DNA of 64,000 bases, taken from Candidatus Saccharimonadia bacterium. Lineage in GTDB: Bacteria; Patescibacteriota; Saccharimonadia; UBA4664; SCTI01. The stretch is taken from assembly GCA_046597065.1 (NCBI GenBank), contig JBKJLI010000002.1, positions 52,071-116,070 on the forward strand, given 5' to 3'. A program made the position numbers and the translations under genes. The notes below the pieces were generated by a model. The model was not told the origin of the DNA. It searched no databases and was given only the letters and a program-made list of their open reading frames with translations. Shown here one piece after another: positions 27,974 through 36,429 of this stretch; the first letter of the stretch is position 1; the number at the start of each line of letters is the position of its first letter.

Positions 27974-28369
27974 ATGGCTGTGATTGGCATTGATTATGGT
28001 TCGAAACGAATCGGCGTGGCTGTCAGTTTAGACGGTGAGCGCCCACAGCGCCGGGCTATATTAACCAATGATGAGGGCCTGAATAAGGCTCTAAGAGCGG
28101 CTGTGATCGAGATTGGGGCCAATACCTTGGTAGTGGGGCTTCCACGTAATTTGGACGGCGAGGACACCGCTCAGACAGCCCTGGTGCGTAAATTTGCCTT
28201 AGAACTTGAGTCTTCATTGGGCATCGATGTGGTTTTACAGGATGAAGCCGATACCAGCAACTTGGCGCGTGAGAGGCTGGAGCATCAAGGAATGCGGGGT
28301 GACGAATTATCTGCCGCGCTTGATTCGGAGGCAGCGGTGATTATTTTGGAAGATTATCTTGGAGCCTAA
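27974..28369 (+). CDS. yqgF: YqgF/RuvX family pre-16S rRNA nuclease
   Basis: GIDYGSKRIGVA, VVGLP, QDEADTS, DSEAAVIILE. Confidence 0.92.
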   Translation: MAVIGIDYGSKRIGVAVSLDGERPQRRAILTNDEGLNKALRAAVIEIGANTLVVGLPRNLDGEDTAQTALVRKFALELESSLGIDVVLQDEADTSNLARERLEHQGMRGDELSAALDSEAAVIILEDYLGA

Positions 28370-29360
28370 GCGCTGGATGGTTTGGCTTGGTAGCTTTTTA
28401 CTGATTGTTGTATCCATCATTGTCCTTTTGATGCTGTGGTATCAGCTTCAACTGCGGCCAGTTAATGCAAAGAGCCGCCAGTCGGTTAGCTATACTCTGG
28501 TTGCTGGTACAAAGGTTGATAGGATAGCCGAGCAACTGTATGCCAAAAAATTGATCCGCAGCCAGCAAGCCTTTGTGCTGTTTGTAAGTACAACCGGCCG
28601 CCGCAGTAGGCTGCAGGCGGGTAGTTATGAATTGAGCCCAGCCAACAGTAGCCAAGAAATCGCCGAGATTATCGTTGGTGGTAAGGTGGCAGCCAACCGC
28701 TTGGTAGTGCCAGAGGGGATTACGTTGGCAAAGTTTAAGCGGGTAGCAGAGGAGTATGGGGTCGGCCAAACCGATTTAGTAGAGGCGTTGAACACCAGTT
28801 ACTCAAACAGCTTTTTAGCCAGCCGACCGGCCGGTTTAACTCTTGAAGGCTATCTATTCCCAGATAGTTATGAGTTAACTAAACCGGTGCAAGCCAAGTC
28901 ATTGGTGCAGGCAATGCTCGATAATTTTGGACGTAAATTATCCGCCAGCGATATCGAAAAGCGATACTCTCAGCAGGGGCTGACTTTGCATCAGGGCCTT
29001 ACCTTGGCATCGATTGTTGAAAAGGAGGTATCAAATGATACCGATCGGGCAATGGTAGCTCAGGTGTTCTTAAATCGCCTAAAGATCGGCCAGGCCTTAC
29101 AATCTGATGTGACGGTTGATTACGCCTCCTCGTTGGCTGGAGTTAAATTTAATTTAAGCATTGAGTCTCCATATAACACTTATCGCACTAAGGGCTTGCC
29201 CCCAAGCCCAATCTGTAGCCCCAGCCTTAGTTCGATGCAAGCGGTAGCCCGCCCCCGCCCGAATGATTACCTGTACTTTTTGGCCGATAAGCAGGGTAAA
29301 ACGCATTTTGCCAAGACATTAACCGAGCATGAACAGAACGTTCAAAAGTACCTGCGCTAA
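28359..29360 (+). CDS. mltG: Endolytic transglycosylase MltG
   Basis: VPEG, LEGYLFPDSY, LASIVEKE, LQSDVTV, SPYNTY, GLPPSPI. Confidence 0.95.
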   Translation: MEPKRWMVWLGSFLLIVVSIIVLLMLWYQLQLRPVNAKSRQSVSYTLVAGTKVDRIAEQLYAKKLIRSQQAFVLFVSTTGRRSRLQAGSYELSPANSSQEIAEIIVGGKVAANRLVVPEGITLAKFKRVAEEYGVGQTDLVEALNTSYSNSFLASRPAGLTLEGYLFPDSYELTKPVQAKSLVQAMLDNFGRKLSASDIEKRYSQQGLTLHQGLTLASIVEKEVSNDTDRAMVAQVFLNRLKIGQALQSDVTVDYASSLAGVKFNLSIESPYNTYRTKGLPPSPICSPSLSSMQAVARPRPNDYLYFLADKQGKTHFAKTLTEHEQNVQKYLR

Positions 29361-29466
29361 CCATAAGCGTAATTTATTAAGCAATATTTTGTCAGAAAAG
29401 TCACTAAAAACTAAAATTACAGTATAAATCTTGACTTAAAGCCTTTACAGAGCCAAAAAAGCTTGG

Positions 29467-29495
29467 TTGACAGTCATCTAGGGGCTTGCTAGTAT
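29467..29495 (+). promoter_or_regulatory. sigma70 promoter of the LysM/CHAP gene
   Basis: TTGACA-17-TAGTAT. Confidence 0.75.
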
Positions 29496-29507
29496 TCATT
29501 TTGTACA

Positions 29508-30878
29508 TTGATAAACGTAAGCGGTTTCCGACTGTCTAACAGATGGGATCACTTATGCTTATCGGTTGCCTATGCGGCTATCGTACGGAGAATTAACCTA
29601 AGGTCGAACTTCTCCCTCCTTGTAAAAACGCAAGGGAAAGACAGCCAAGTAGAGCCCACATTAAGTCCCGGCACTCGGGATGTGGGGTGGAGAAAGCTCA
29701 TTAGTAGAGAAGTTAGCAGTTCATTGCCTAGCCTCGGCTTCGGCAATCGGAACGCCAATTCCACTTCAAAACTAAAACTCAACCAAATAACCCCCTTGCA
29801 GCAGAGTCGCAAAATTACCGATCCTGCCGCACTGACCCCAATTGGTCAGACCTTGAAAGCTACCAGTTCGGTAGCGGCTAAGGTAACCTCGGTCCCTCGC
29901 ATTATGGCCCACGCGGCTGTTATTGCAGTGGTTGGAGCCGTGGTACTGGGGGGTTCAACCGGCCATTCGGCCCGACTTAGCCCTCTAGCCAATACCAGTA
30001 GTGGTTATGGCTCGGTGCTTGAAAAGGCTGCTGCTGTTGAAGTGGCTGCCAAGGTAGCCGAACAAACTGATCTGTTGGTAAGCACCGACGTTTCCTCCAC
30101 CGCCAAAACTTTGAATGCCTCGGTAACAATGCCGACGGCAGATGATGGCACCTTAGCTTCGCGCCAGGTTGTTGAAACAGCCGGCAATGCCACGCGTGGC
30201 ATTATTAGCTATAAGGTTGTGGCCGGCGACACGCTTTCTAGTGTAGCGGCCCAGTTTAATATCACCACTGATACCGTTCGCTGGGCTAACGGGCTCAAGG
30301 CCGACTCTAATTTAACTCCAGGTCAGGCGTTATCGGTACTCCCTATTTCTGGGCTACAACACGTTGTAGCTGCCGGCGACACCGCCGAAAGTCTTGCTTC
30401 TAAATTTCAATCCAACCCAGATCAGATAATTGCCTTTAATAATGCAGAGGTTTCCGGCCTCAAGCCAGGTAGCACAATTGTTGTGCCCGACGGCGTGATT
30501 GTAGAAGCCGCTCCTACACCAGTAGCCGCCGCACCGGTAAGGGTGGCGGTTAGTGCACCAATCCGCTTTAGCGGCGGGGCTAACGGGTACTCGTATGGTT
30601 ACTGCACCTATTATGTGGCTAGTCGACGATCGGTATCGGGCAGTTGGGGAAACGCCTACAGCTGGCTGTATGCTGCTCAAGCCGATGGCTACGGCGTTGG
30701 TAGTGCTCCACGACCAGGTGCCATTGCTTGGACCGGCGCCGGTTACTATGGCCATGTAGCCTACGTAGAGAGCGTTAGCGGCGGAATGGTGACCGTTTCC
30801 GAAATGAACTATAACGGCAACTGGAACCGCGTAACCAGCCGTACTGTATCGGCCTCTAGCTTCCGCTACATTTACTAA
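29508..30878 (+). CDS. LysM x2 + CHAP peptidoglycan hydrolase (true start possibly ATT 29700)
   Basis: YKVVAGDTLSSVA and HVVAAGDT LysM repeats; YGYCTYY, WGNA, GHVAYVE, SEMN CHAP motifs. Confidence 0.9.
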   Translation: MINVSGFRLSNRWDHLCLSVAYAAIVRRINLRSNFSLLVKTQGKDSQVEPTLSPGTRDVGWRKLISREVSSSLPSLGFGNRNANSTSKLKLNQITPLQQSRKITDPAALTPIGQTLKATSSVAAKVTSVPRIMAHAAVIAVVGAVVLGGSTGHSARLSPLANTSSGYGSVLEKAAAVEVAAKVAEQTDLLVSTDVSSTAKTLNASVTMPTADDGTLASRQVVETAGNATRGIISYKVVAGDTLSSVAAQFNITTDTVRWANGLKADSNLTPGQALSVLPISGLQHVVAAGDTAESLASKFQSNPDQIIAFNNAEVSGLKPGSTIVVPDGVIVEAAPTPVAAAPVRVAVSAPIRFSGGANGYSYGYCTYYVASRRSVSGSWGNAYSWLYAAQADGYGVGSAPRPGAIAWTGAGYYGHVAYVESVSGGMVTVSEMNYNGNWNRVTSRTVSASSFRYIY

Positions 30879-30893
30879 AATCAACCACATATC

Positions 30894-30927
30894 AGAAAAC
30901 CGCTCCTTATCGGGGCGGTTTTCTTTT
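30894..30927 (+). terminator. Intrinsic terminator
   Basis: AGAAAACCGCTCC / GGGGCGGTTTTCTTTT. Confidence 0.85.
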
Positions 30928-30941
30928 ATACTGATGGAGAT

Positions 30942-32207
30942 ATGTTTACCGATCGTGTTGAAATTCTAATCCAAGCCGGACGTGGTGGCGATGGCCGCCT
31001 GAGTTTTCGTACCGAAAAATACCGACCAAAGGGTGGTCCCGACGGTGGCGATGGTGGTCGCGGTGGAAACATTGTTTTTAGGGTTGATCATAACCTTAAC
31101 ACCCTATCTGCCTTTCGACATAAAAAGCTGCTTAAGTCAGAGCCCGGTGCCATGGGTGGCACCAATCGCCGCCATGGCAAGAATGGTGAGGATTTGATTG
31201 TTAAGGTGCCCCAGGGCACCCTGGTGACCGAGCTTGAAGGAGGAGTAGTGGCTGATTTAAGCGAGTCACAGCAAGAGCTAGTGGTGGCCAAAGGTGGTCG
31301 CGGTGGCTTTGGCAACGCCCACTTTACCAGTTCGGTACGGCAGGCTCCGCGAGCGGTAGAAGTGGGTGAAGCCGGACAGCATTTAGCGGTTACTCTAGAG
31401 CTAAAACTGGTGGCCGATATTGGATTGGTAGGCTTGCCCAATGCCGGCAAGTCAACTTTGTTATCGGTAATAAGTAATGCTAAACCAGAAATTGCCGACT
31501 ATCCCTTTACTACTCTGGTGCCAAATCTGGGTGTGGTAGATATTGATGGCGACTCGGTGATGGTAGCCGACATCCCCGGTTTAATTGAGGGGGCCAGCCA
31601 GGGCAAGGGCTTGGGCGATGACTTTTTACGCCACATTGAGCGCACGGCAGTGATTCTGCATCTGATTGACGCTCACAGCCAGGACGTGGCGGCCGATTAT
31701 AAAACGATTCAGGGGGAGTTAAAAGATTACGCTATAGACTTAACAGCAAAACCTCAACTGGTAGCGCTAACCAAATGCGAGGGTGTTGATGTTAAGGATC
31801 TAAAAGCCAAGCAACTAACGCTAAAAAAAGCCTCAAAGCAAACCATCCAAACGATTTCGGCAGTAGCCGGGCAGGGCGTGACTGAGCTGTTGCGATCGGC
31901 TATGCCTCTTGTAATTGCCGAGCGTCAGCGCCGCGCAGAGCTCCAGGCAGTTGAGGCTGTTCACGTGTTCGACGAAGCCTCTCAGCCAGAACTGTGGCGG
32001 GTGACTTGTGAGGGTCGTATATTCAAGGTTCGGGGAGATAAAATTGAGGGTTTTGCTCGCCGCACAAACTGGGATAACGACGAGTCGGTTGATCGCTTGC
32101 GCGACATTATGCGCAAACAGGGGATTGCCCGCGAACTGCAGCGTTTGGGTATTGAGCACGAGGACATCATCGAGATCGCCGGCCATGAACTGCAGTGGAT
32201 CGGCTAG
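30942..32207 (+). CDS. obgE: GTPase Obg
   Basis: GGPDGGDGG, GLPNAGKST, YPFTTL, DIPGLIEGA, C-terminal OCT domain. Confidence 0.97.
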   Translation: MFTDRVEILIQAGRGGDGRLSFRTEKYRPKGGPDGGDGGRGGNIVFRVDHNLNTLSAFRHKKLLKSEPGAMGGTNRRHGKNGEDLIVKVPQGTLVTELEGGVVADLSESQQELVVAKGGRGGFGNAHFTSSVRQAPRAVEVGEAGQHLAVTLELKLVADIGLVGLPNAGKSTLLSVISNAKPEIADYPFTTLVPNLGVVDIDGDSVMVADIPGLIEGASQGKGLGDDFLRHIERTAVILHLIDAHSQDVAADYKTIQGELKDYAIDLTAKPQLVALTKCEGVDVKDLKAKQLTLKKASKQTIQTISAVAGQGVTELLRSAMPLVIAERQRRAELQAVEAVHVFDEASQPELWRVTCEGRIFKVRGDKIEGFARRTNWDNDESVDRLRDIMRKQGIARELQRLGIEHEDIIEIAGHELQWIG

Positions 32208-32247
32208 TCGAGGCTTCTGCTAGTTTGATACAATCCAGGAGTACCAC

Positions 32248-32323
32248 GGGGATATAGCTCAGCTGATAGAGCGCTGCATTCGCATTGCAGAGGTCGAGGG
32301 TTTGATTCCCTCTATCTCCACCA
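32248..32323 (+). tRNA. tRNA-Ala(CGC)
   Basis: G3:U70, CTGCA-TTCGCAT-TGCAG anticodon arm, CCA. Confidence 0.93.
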
Positions 32324-32327
32324 GGAA

Positions 32328-32729
32328 TTATTCTTCAATTGGCCAGAAATCGGGTATAAAATCAACGTCGTCCATGACATTTTCGCTATGCGTAGAGATG
32401 ATTAAAAGCTCAACGTCTTCGGGGCCATCATTCCAGGTTGATTGGGCATTGCCGGGGTCTATCCGCAAAATGTCGTTCGGGCCTAAATCGATAATGTCGT
32501 CATTTACCTTCACTTGCACCTTGCCGGAAATTACAAAAATTACCTCTTCTTGGGTTTTATGCAAATGTCCACGGCTTCCCTTGCCTCCAGTCTTGGCTGG
32601 CATGTGCCGGTGAGTTAGGGCGACTTGCCTAGATTCAAGCGGTTTTTTGATGGTTTTGAAATGGCCGGGGTAGTCGCCAGAAATGTCGGGCACCTGGCTA
32701 AGGGATAATTTTTTGTAGCCTTTTTGCAT
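32328..32729 (-). CDS. Cupin domain protein
   Basis: HLHKTQEEVIFVISG cupin motif; AGGAGG SD before ATG 32729. Confidence 0.85.
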   Translation of the reverse strand: MQKGYKKLSLSQVPDISGDYPGHFKTIKKPLESRQVALTHRHMPAKTGGKGSRGHLHKTQEEVIFVISGKVQVKVNDDIIDLGPNDILRIDPGNAQSTWNDGPEDVELLIISTHSENVMDDVDFIPDFWPIEE

Positions 32730-32806
32730 ATCGGCCTCCTGTTTTAAACTAGTATGCGTTAGTTGGCGATCAAGTTCGAGCATAACCATTATGTTACAAT
32801 CGCGGT

Positions 32807-32968
32807 ATGGCAAGAAACTTTCTAGATGAAGATGAGCATAAAAAAAGCGTTGGCTATACCGACGGCTTTCGTTTTGGCTTCGGCTTCTTCATCGCTAACT
32901 TGATCGGTATCACCATGGTCATAGCACTGGCGGCCGGCATTAATATATTGCTGCTGCACGCTCGCTAA
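32807..32968 (+). CDS. Small 53-aa membrane protein
   Basis: Hand-translated MARNFLDEDEHKKSVGYTDGFRFGFGFFIANLIG...; TACAAT 6 nt upstream. Confidence 0.6.
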   Translation: MARNFLDEDEHKKSVGYTDGFRFGFGFFIANLIGITMVIALAAGINILLLHAR

Positions 32969-33014
32969 CTGGTTGCATCCAGTTGTGATTTTTGGTAGAT
33001 TTACTTGGTTCCAC

Positions 33015-33088
<74 letters not shown>

Positions 33089-33090
<2 letters not shown>

Positions 33091-33722
33091 TTGCACTTAT
33101 GCTTTCCTTTGATAGTATGGGATTAATAACCTCAAAGGAATAAAAACGATGAGTAATCCAGAAAAAGATACCCAAGTCCCTTCAAGTGGTGAGTCGACTA
33201 CGGATTATTCTCAACTCATGGAACAGGCTAAAGCTGAGAATAGAGGCGCAGAAGACTTGGCAGATGCAACTTCGCCTCGCGAAAAAGCGATCGAGGCAAT
33301 TATTGATGAGAGGGTTGCCGAATTTAAGGATAAAAATCCTAATGCAACTGAACAAGCCATTGATGGGGTCCGCAGGGCACAAGCCAGTGTCATCAGCAGG
33401 CTAATGGAAATGGGGGATCCAGATACACAAATACACCAGTTGTACGCAGATAGGTACAAAGAAAACGCTGAACATTGGAGGCAAAAACTTGAAGCTGGCG
33501 GCTTAAGTGGGGTCGAAGAGGCAAAAGGTAGAGAAGCATTAGCTCATTTTGAGAAAGAAGCACAAGATCGTCAGGACATGGCAGATGGAAAACGCGTAGG
33601 ATCAGGCGACCACGATATTGAGGCAAGTCGCTTGAAGATGCAGGGGATAAATCGAAAAAGATAGAAATATTTTGGTTTCAATTTAAATAGATTGCAGAAT
33701 CTCGATCATTGCACTTATGCTT
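33089..33722 (+). repeat. 16-bp direct repeat CATTGCACTTATGCTT (33089-33104, 33707-33722; third copy 45644-45659)
   Basis: Exact sequence matches read directly. Confidence 0.85.
33149..33664 (+). CDS. Hypothetical charged helical protein
   Basis: 171-aa ORF, AAGGA SD, A-rich composition. Confidence 0.7.
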   Translation: MSNPEKDTQVPSSGESTTDYSQLMEQAKAENRGAEDLADATSPREKAIEAIIDERVAEFKDKNPNATEQAIDGVRRAQASVISRLMEMGDPDTQIHQLYADRYKENAEHWRQKLEAGGLSGVEEAKGREALAHFEKEAQDRQDMADGKRVGSGDHDIEASRLKMQGINRKR

Positions 33723-33738
33723 ATGATAGAATTATAAG

Positions 33739-34512
33739 ATGTTAAAGAGACTTCTTCGTATCAGATTATCGGTTATGGCGGCGATATTCTTCGGCTTCTT
33801 TATTCTGCTCTTATCATTTGTAAAACAACAGCAACTTACTGCAGGTCAGTTGGCACTATTTTCGGTAAACTCATTTTTGTTCGGCTATTATTTTAACCCA
33901 TTGCTGGGCCGAGCCGAAAATCGCGTGGCTTCATTAAACCGCGCGACTAGGCAGGAAGCCATGACATTACTAGATGTTCTAACACAGGCGCATTTAATTA
34001 GCCAAAAGGCTCGCCATTCGTTAAAAATTCGCATCAAAGTGTATCTTGAAAGTATTATTGATAACACCAATTTGGGCGCCGATAACGTTTACTACGATGA
34101 GCTGCTGTTTTGGAGCAAGCAAACTAAAGGCGAAGACCCGGCGGTGATGGGTTCAATTTACGACAAACTATCTAGCACTCAAGATAATCGTGATACTATG
34201 GCCAACTTATTTGCGACCAAAATTTATAGCCACGAATGGCTGGTGGCGGGTGTGCTTTTCCTAATTACGGTCTACTTTTCGGTGCAGACGCAGTTTGGAG
34301 ATTCGATATTTTTTGAGCTTATGCTGGCAGTGCTTTGTACCGGACTGTGCATGCTGATGGCAATTCTGCTAAAGTACGCCACATTAACACATAAAGAGGC
34401 TAAAAGGATGTGGACCCCGCTAAAAGAGCTCGACAAGCTACATTTAGATGATGTAACGGCAGAAGAGTCGAGTAAAATAAAGGCTCTTATCGACGCACAG
34501 CCGGTATCATGA
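33739..34512 (+). CDS. Four-TM membrane protein (DUF4239-like topology)
   Basis: 2 TM, soluble loop, 2 TM; overlaps the murF start. Confidence 0.7.
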   Translation: MLKRLLRIRLSVMAAIFFGFFILLLSFVKQQQLTAGQLALFSVNSFLFGYYFNPLLGRAENRVASLNRATRQEAMTLLDVLTQAHLISQKARHSLKIRIKVYLESIIDNTNLGADNVYYDELLFWSKQTKGEDPAVMGSIYDKLSSTQDNRDTMANLFATKIYSHEWLVAGVLFLITVYFSVQTQFGDSIFFELMLAVLCTGLCMLMAILLKYATLTHKEAKRMWTPLKELDKLHLDDVTAEESSKIKALIDAQPVS

Positions 34513-35819
34513 GTGAAAAGTTAAAAAAGTTTTTCCGACTGGCGGTGGCTCGGGTTCTATTTTGGCAGCTTCGACGATTAATTAAGCAACAGCAGATAAA
34601 GGTGGTTGCCGTTGCCGGTAGTGTCGGAAAGACAACTACCAAGCTGGCTATTGCCAAGGTTCTTGAGGCAAAATATCCGGGCAAAGTGTTGGCTCATTCT
34701 GGCAACTTCAACATGGAAATAAGCGTTCCGCTGTCGGTGTTCGACCTGCCACTGCCGCGATCGCTGATGAACCCGCTGGCATGGGTTATGCGCTGGTGGC
34801 AAATAGAGGGCATTATCAATCGAGAAAAGTATCCTTATAAATACGTTGTTGTAGAGTTGGGAATTGACCGAGTTGGACAGATGGGGTTTTACGCCTCCCA
34901 GCTAAAGCCCGATGTTGGCGTGCTTACAGCAATTGCCCCAGAGCATATGGAGTATTTTGGCAATATAGAAACAGTTGGTCGAGAAGAGTTTGGAATCATT
35001 CCAGCCTCTAAAGTGGCGTTGCTAAACGGTGAAGACACCGAAATTGCCAAATTGCTACAGGATTATCATGAACCCATCCAAACTTATGGAGTTAAAAATG
35101 GTGTGTTTCATTTTAAGGACATACAGCGCAGCCATGATCTTAAATTAAGCGGTGAATTATCCTTAGCAGAAGGCAAAATAAGGGTTAAAACTCAAATAAT
35201 CAGTGCAACTGGTTTGGCGGCGCTAGCGGCGGCGGCCGGAGTGGGCGAAGAGTTGGGTTTGGATTTTGCAGAGATAAAGCAGGGGATAGAATTATTTGCC
35301 CCAGTATCCGGCCGTATGCAGTTGCTTCTAGGCAAAAATGACTCACTAATTTTAGATGATAGCTATAATTCAAGCCCAAATGCCACCAAGGCAGCAATCG
35401 AAACGTTGTTGGAATTACAAACCAGTGGCCGGAAAATTGCCATACTTGGCAGCATGAATGAGCTAGGTGAAACTAGTGCTAAAGCTCATCGTGCTCTGGG
35501 CAAACAGGCAGCCAAAGTAGATTTATTGGTGACGATCGGCAAGGAGGCGGGAAAGCACTTAGTCGCTGGGGCGGCCGAAAATGGAGAAAAAGCCGATCAC
35601 ATTCACAGCTTTGACTCCCCCTTTGCGGCTGGACGCTTTGTAGTAGGGATCTTGCAGCCAGGGGATGTTGTAATGGTAAAGGGCTCGCAAAACCGAGTTT
35701 TTAGCGAAGAAGCCGTCGCATTACTACTAGCAAAATCCGCTGATCGCAGCAAACTGGTGCGCCAGGGCACTGAATGGATGAAAATAAAACGCGAGCAGTT
35801 TGAGGATGCTGATGAGTAA
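34509..35819 (+). CDS. murF: UDP-MurNAc-tripeptide--D-Ala-D-Ala ligase
   Basis: AGSVGKTTTK, NFN, DDSYNSSP, LGSMNELG, VKGS. Confidence 0.92.
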   Translation: MSEKLKKFFRLAVARVLFWQLRRLIKQQQIKVVAVAGSVGKTTTKLAIAKVLEAKYPGKVLAHSGNFNMEISVPLSVFDLPLPRSLMNPLAWVMRWWQIEGIINREKYPYKYVVVELGIDRVGQMGFYASQLKPDVGVLTAIAPEHMEYFGNIETVGREEFGIIPASKVALLNGEDTEIAKLLQDYHEPIQTYGVKNGVFHFKDIQRSHDLKLSGELSLAEGKIRVKTQIISATGLAALAAAAGVGEELGLDFAEIKQGIELFAPVSGRMQLLLGKNDSLILDDSYNSSPNATKAAIETLLELQTSGRKIAILGSMNELGETSAKAHRALGKQAAKVDLLVTIGKEAGKHLVAGAAENGEKADHIHSFDSPFAAGRFVVGILQPGDVVMVKGSQNRVFSEEAVALLLAKSADRSKLVRQGTEWMKIKREQFEDADE

Positions 35820-36393
35820 ACCAATCGAGCGCTTTACCCTGCAATCGATGAATCAGCGACTAGGCGCCGACGAGGCTAAGCGCTACTGTCTGCCATTATG
35901 CTTCTACATGTTGCTACGTGCGGCAGATAAGATTGATCCAAATTTTAGCCACATCGATTTTTGCGCCGATATCAGTCGTGAAGCCTTTAGCACAACTAAC
36001 TCCGATTGGAGTCGACCGGCAATGTCTAAACTGGTGCGAAAAAAGTACGGCGTCGACGTAATTTCGTGGCATCTTAAGGGCGGTGGCAACATAGAGCCAA
36101 TGGTAAAGTCGGGCTACGTAGATTCTACGGTTGAAATTGAGTTTTTTCAGCGACAGATTTTAGATAAAAGTGTTGAACAGGTGGTGCGTTCGGGTATGCC
36201 GGTGATCGTAACCATGTCGGGCGGCTTTGACCACGGTGGTAGTAACATTCATGCGATTATTATCGCAAGTTGGAGCGATGAGGAGGTTGTGATAGTTGAT
36301 CCAGATGAACGTAACCCTAAAAATCGATATCAGCCGGACTATATTCAACGATTTATTAGCACAAATGGCGCCGGAACCATCATCCTGCCCTAG
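35800..36393 (+). CDS. Hypothetical protein, peptidase C39-like fold
   Basis: Q..YCLPLC, PVIV, HAIII, VDPD pattern (Cys-His-Asp). Confidence 0.55.
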   Translation: MRMLMSKPIERFTLQSMNQRLGADEAKRYCLPLCFYMLLRAADKIDPNFSHIDFCADISREAFSTTNSDWSRPAMSKLVRKKYGVDVISWHLKGGGNIEPMVKSGYVDSTVEIEFFQRQILDKSVEQVVRSGMPVIVTMSGGFDHGGSNIHAIIIASWSDEEVVIVDPDERNPKNRYQPDYIQRFISTNGAGTIILP

Positions 36394-36429
36394 CCTCAAT
36401 CTGTCAGGCTTCTGGTACAATACGAAGCA

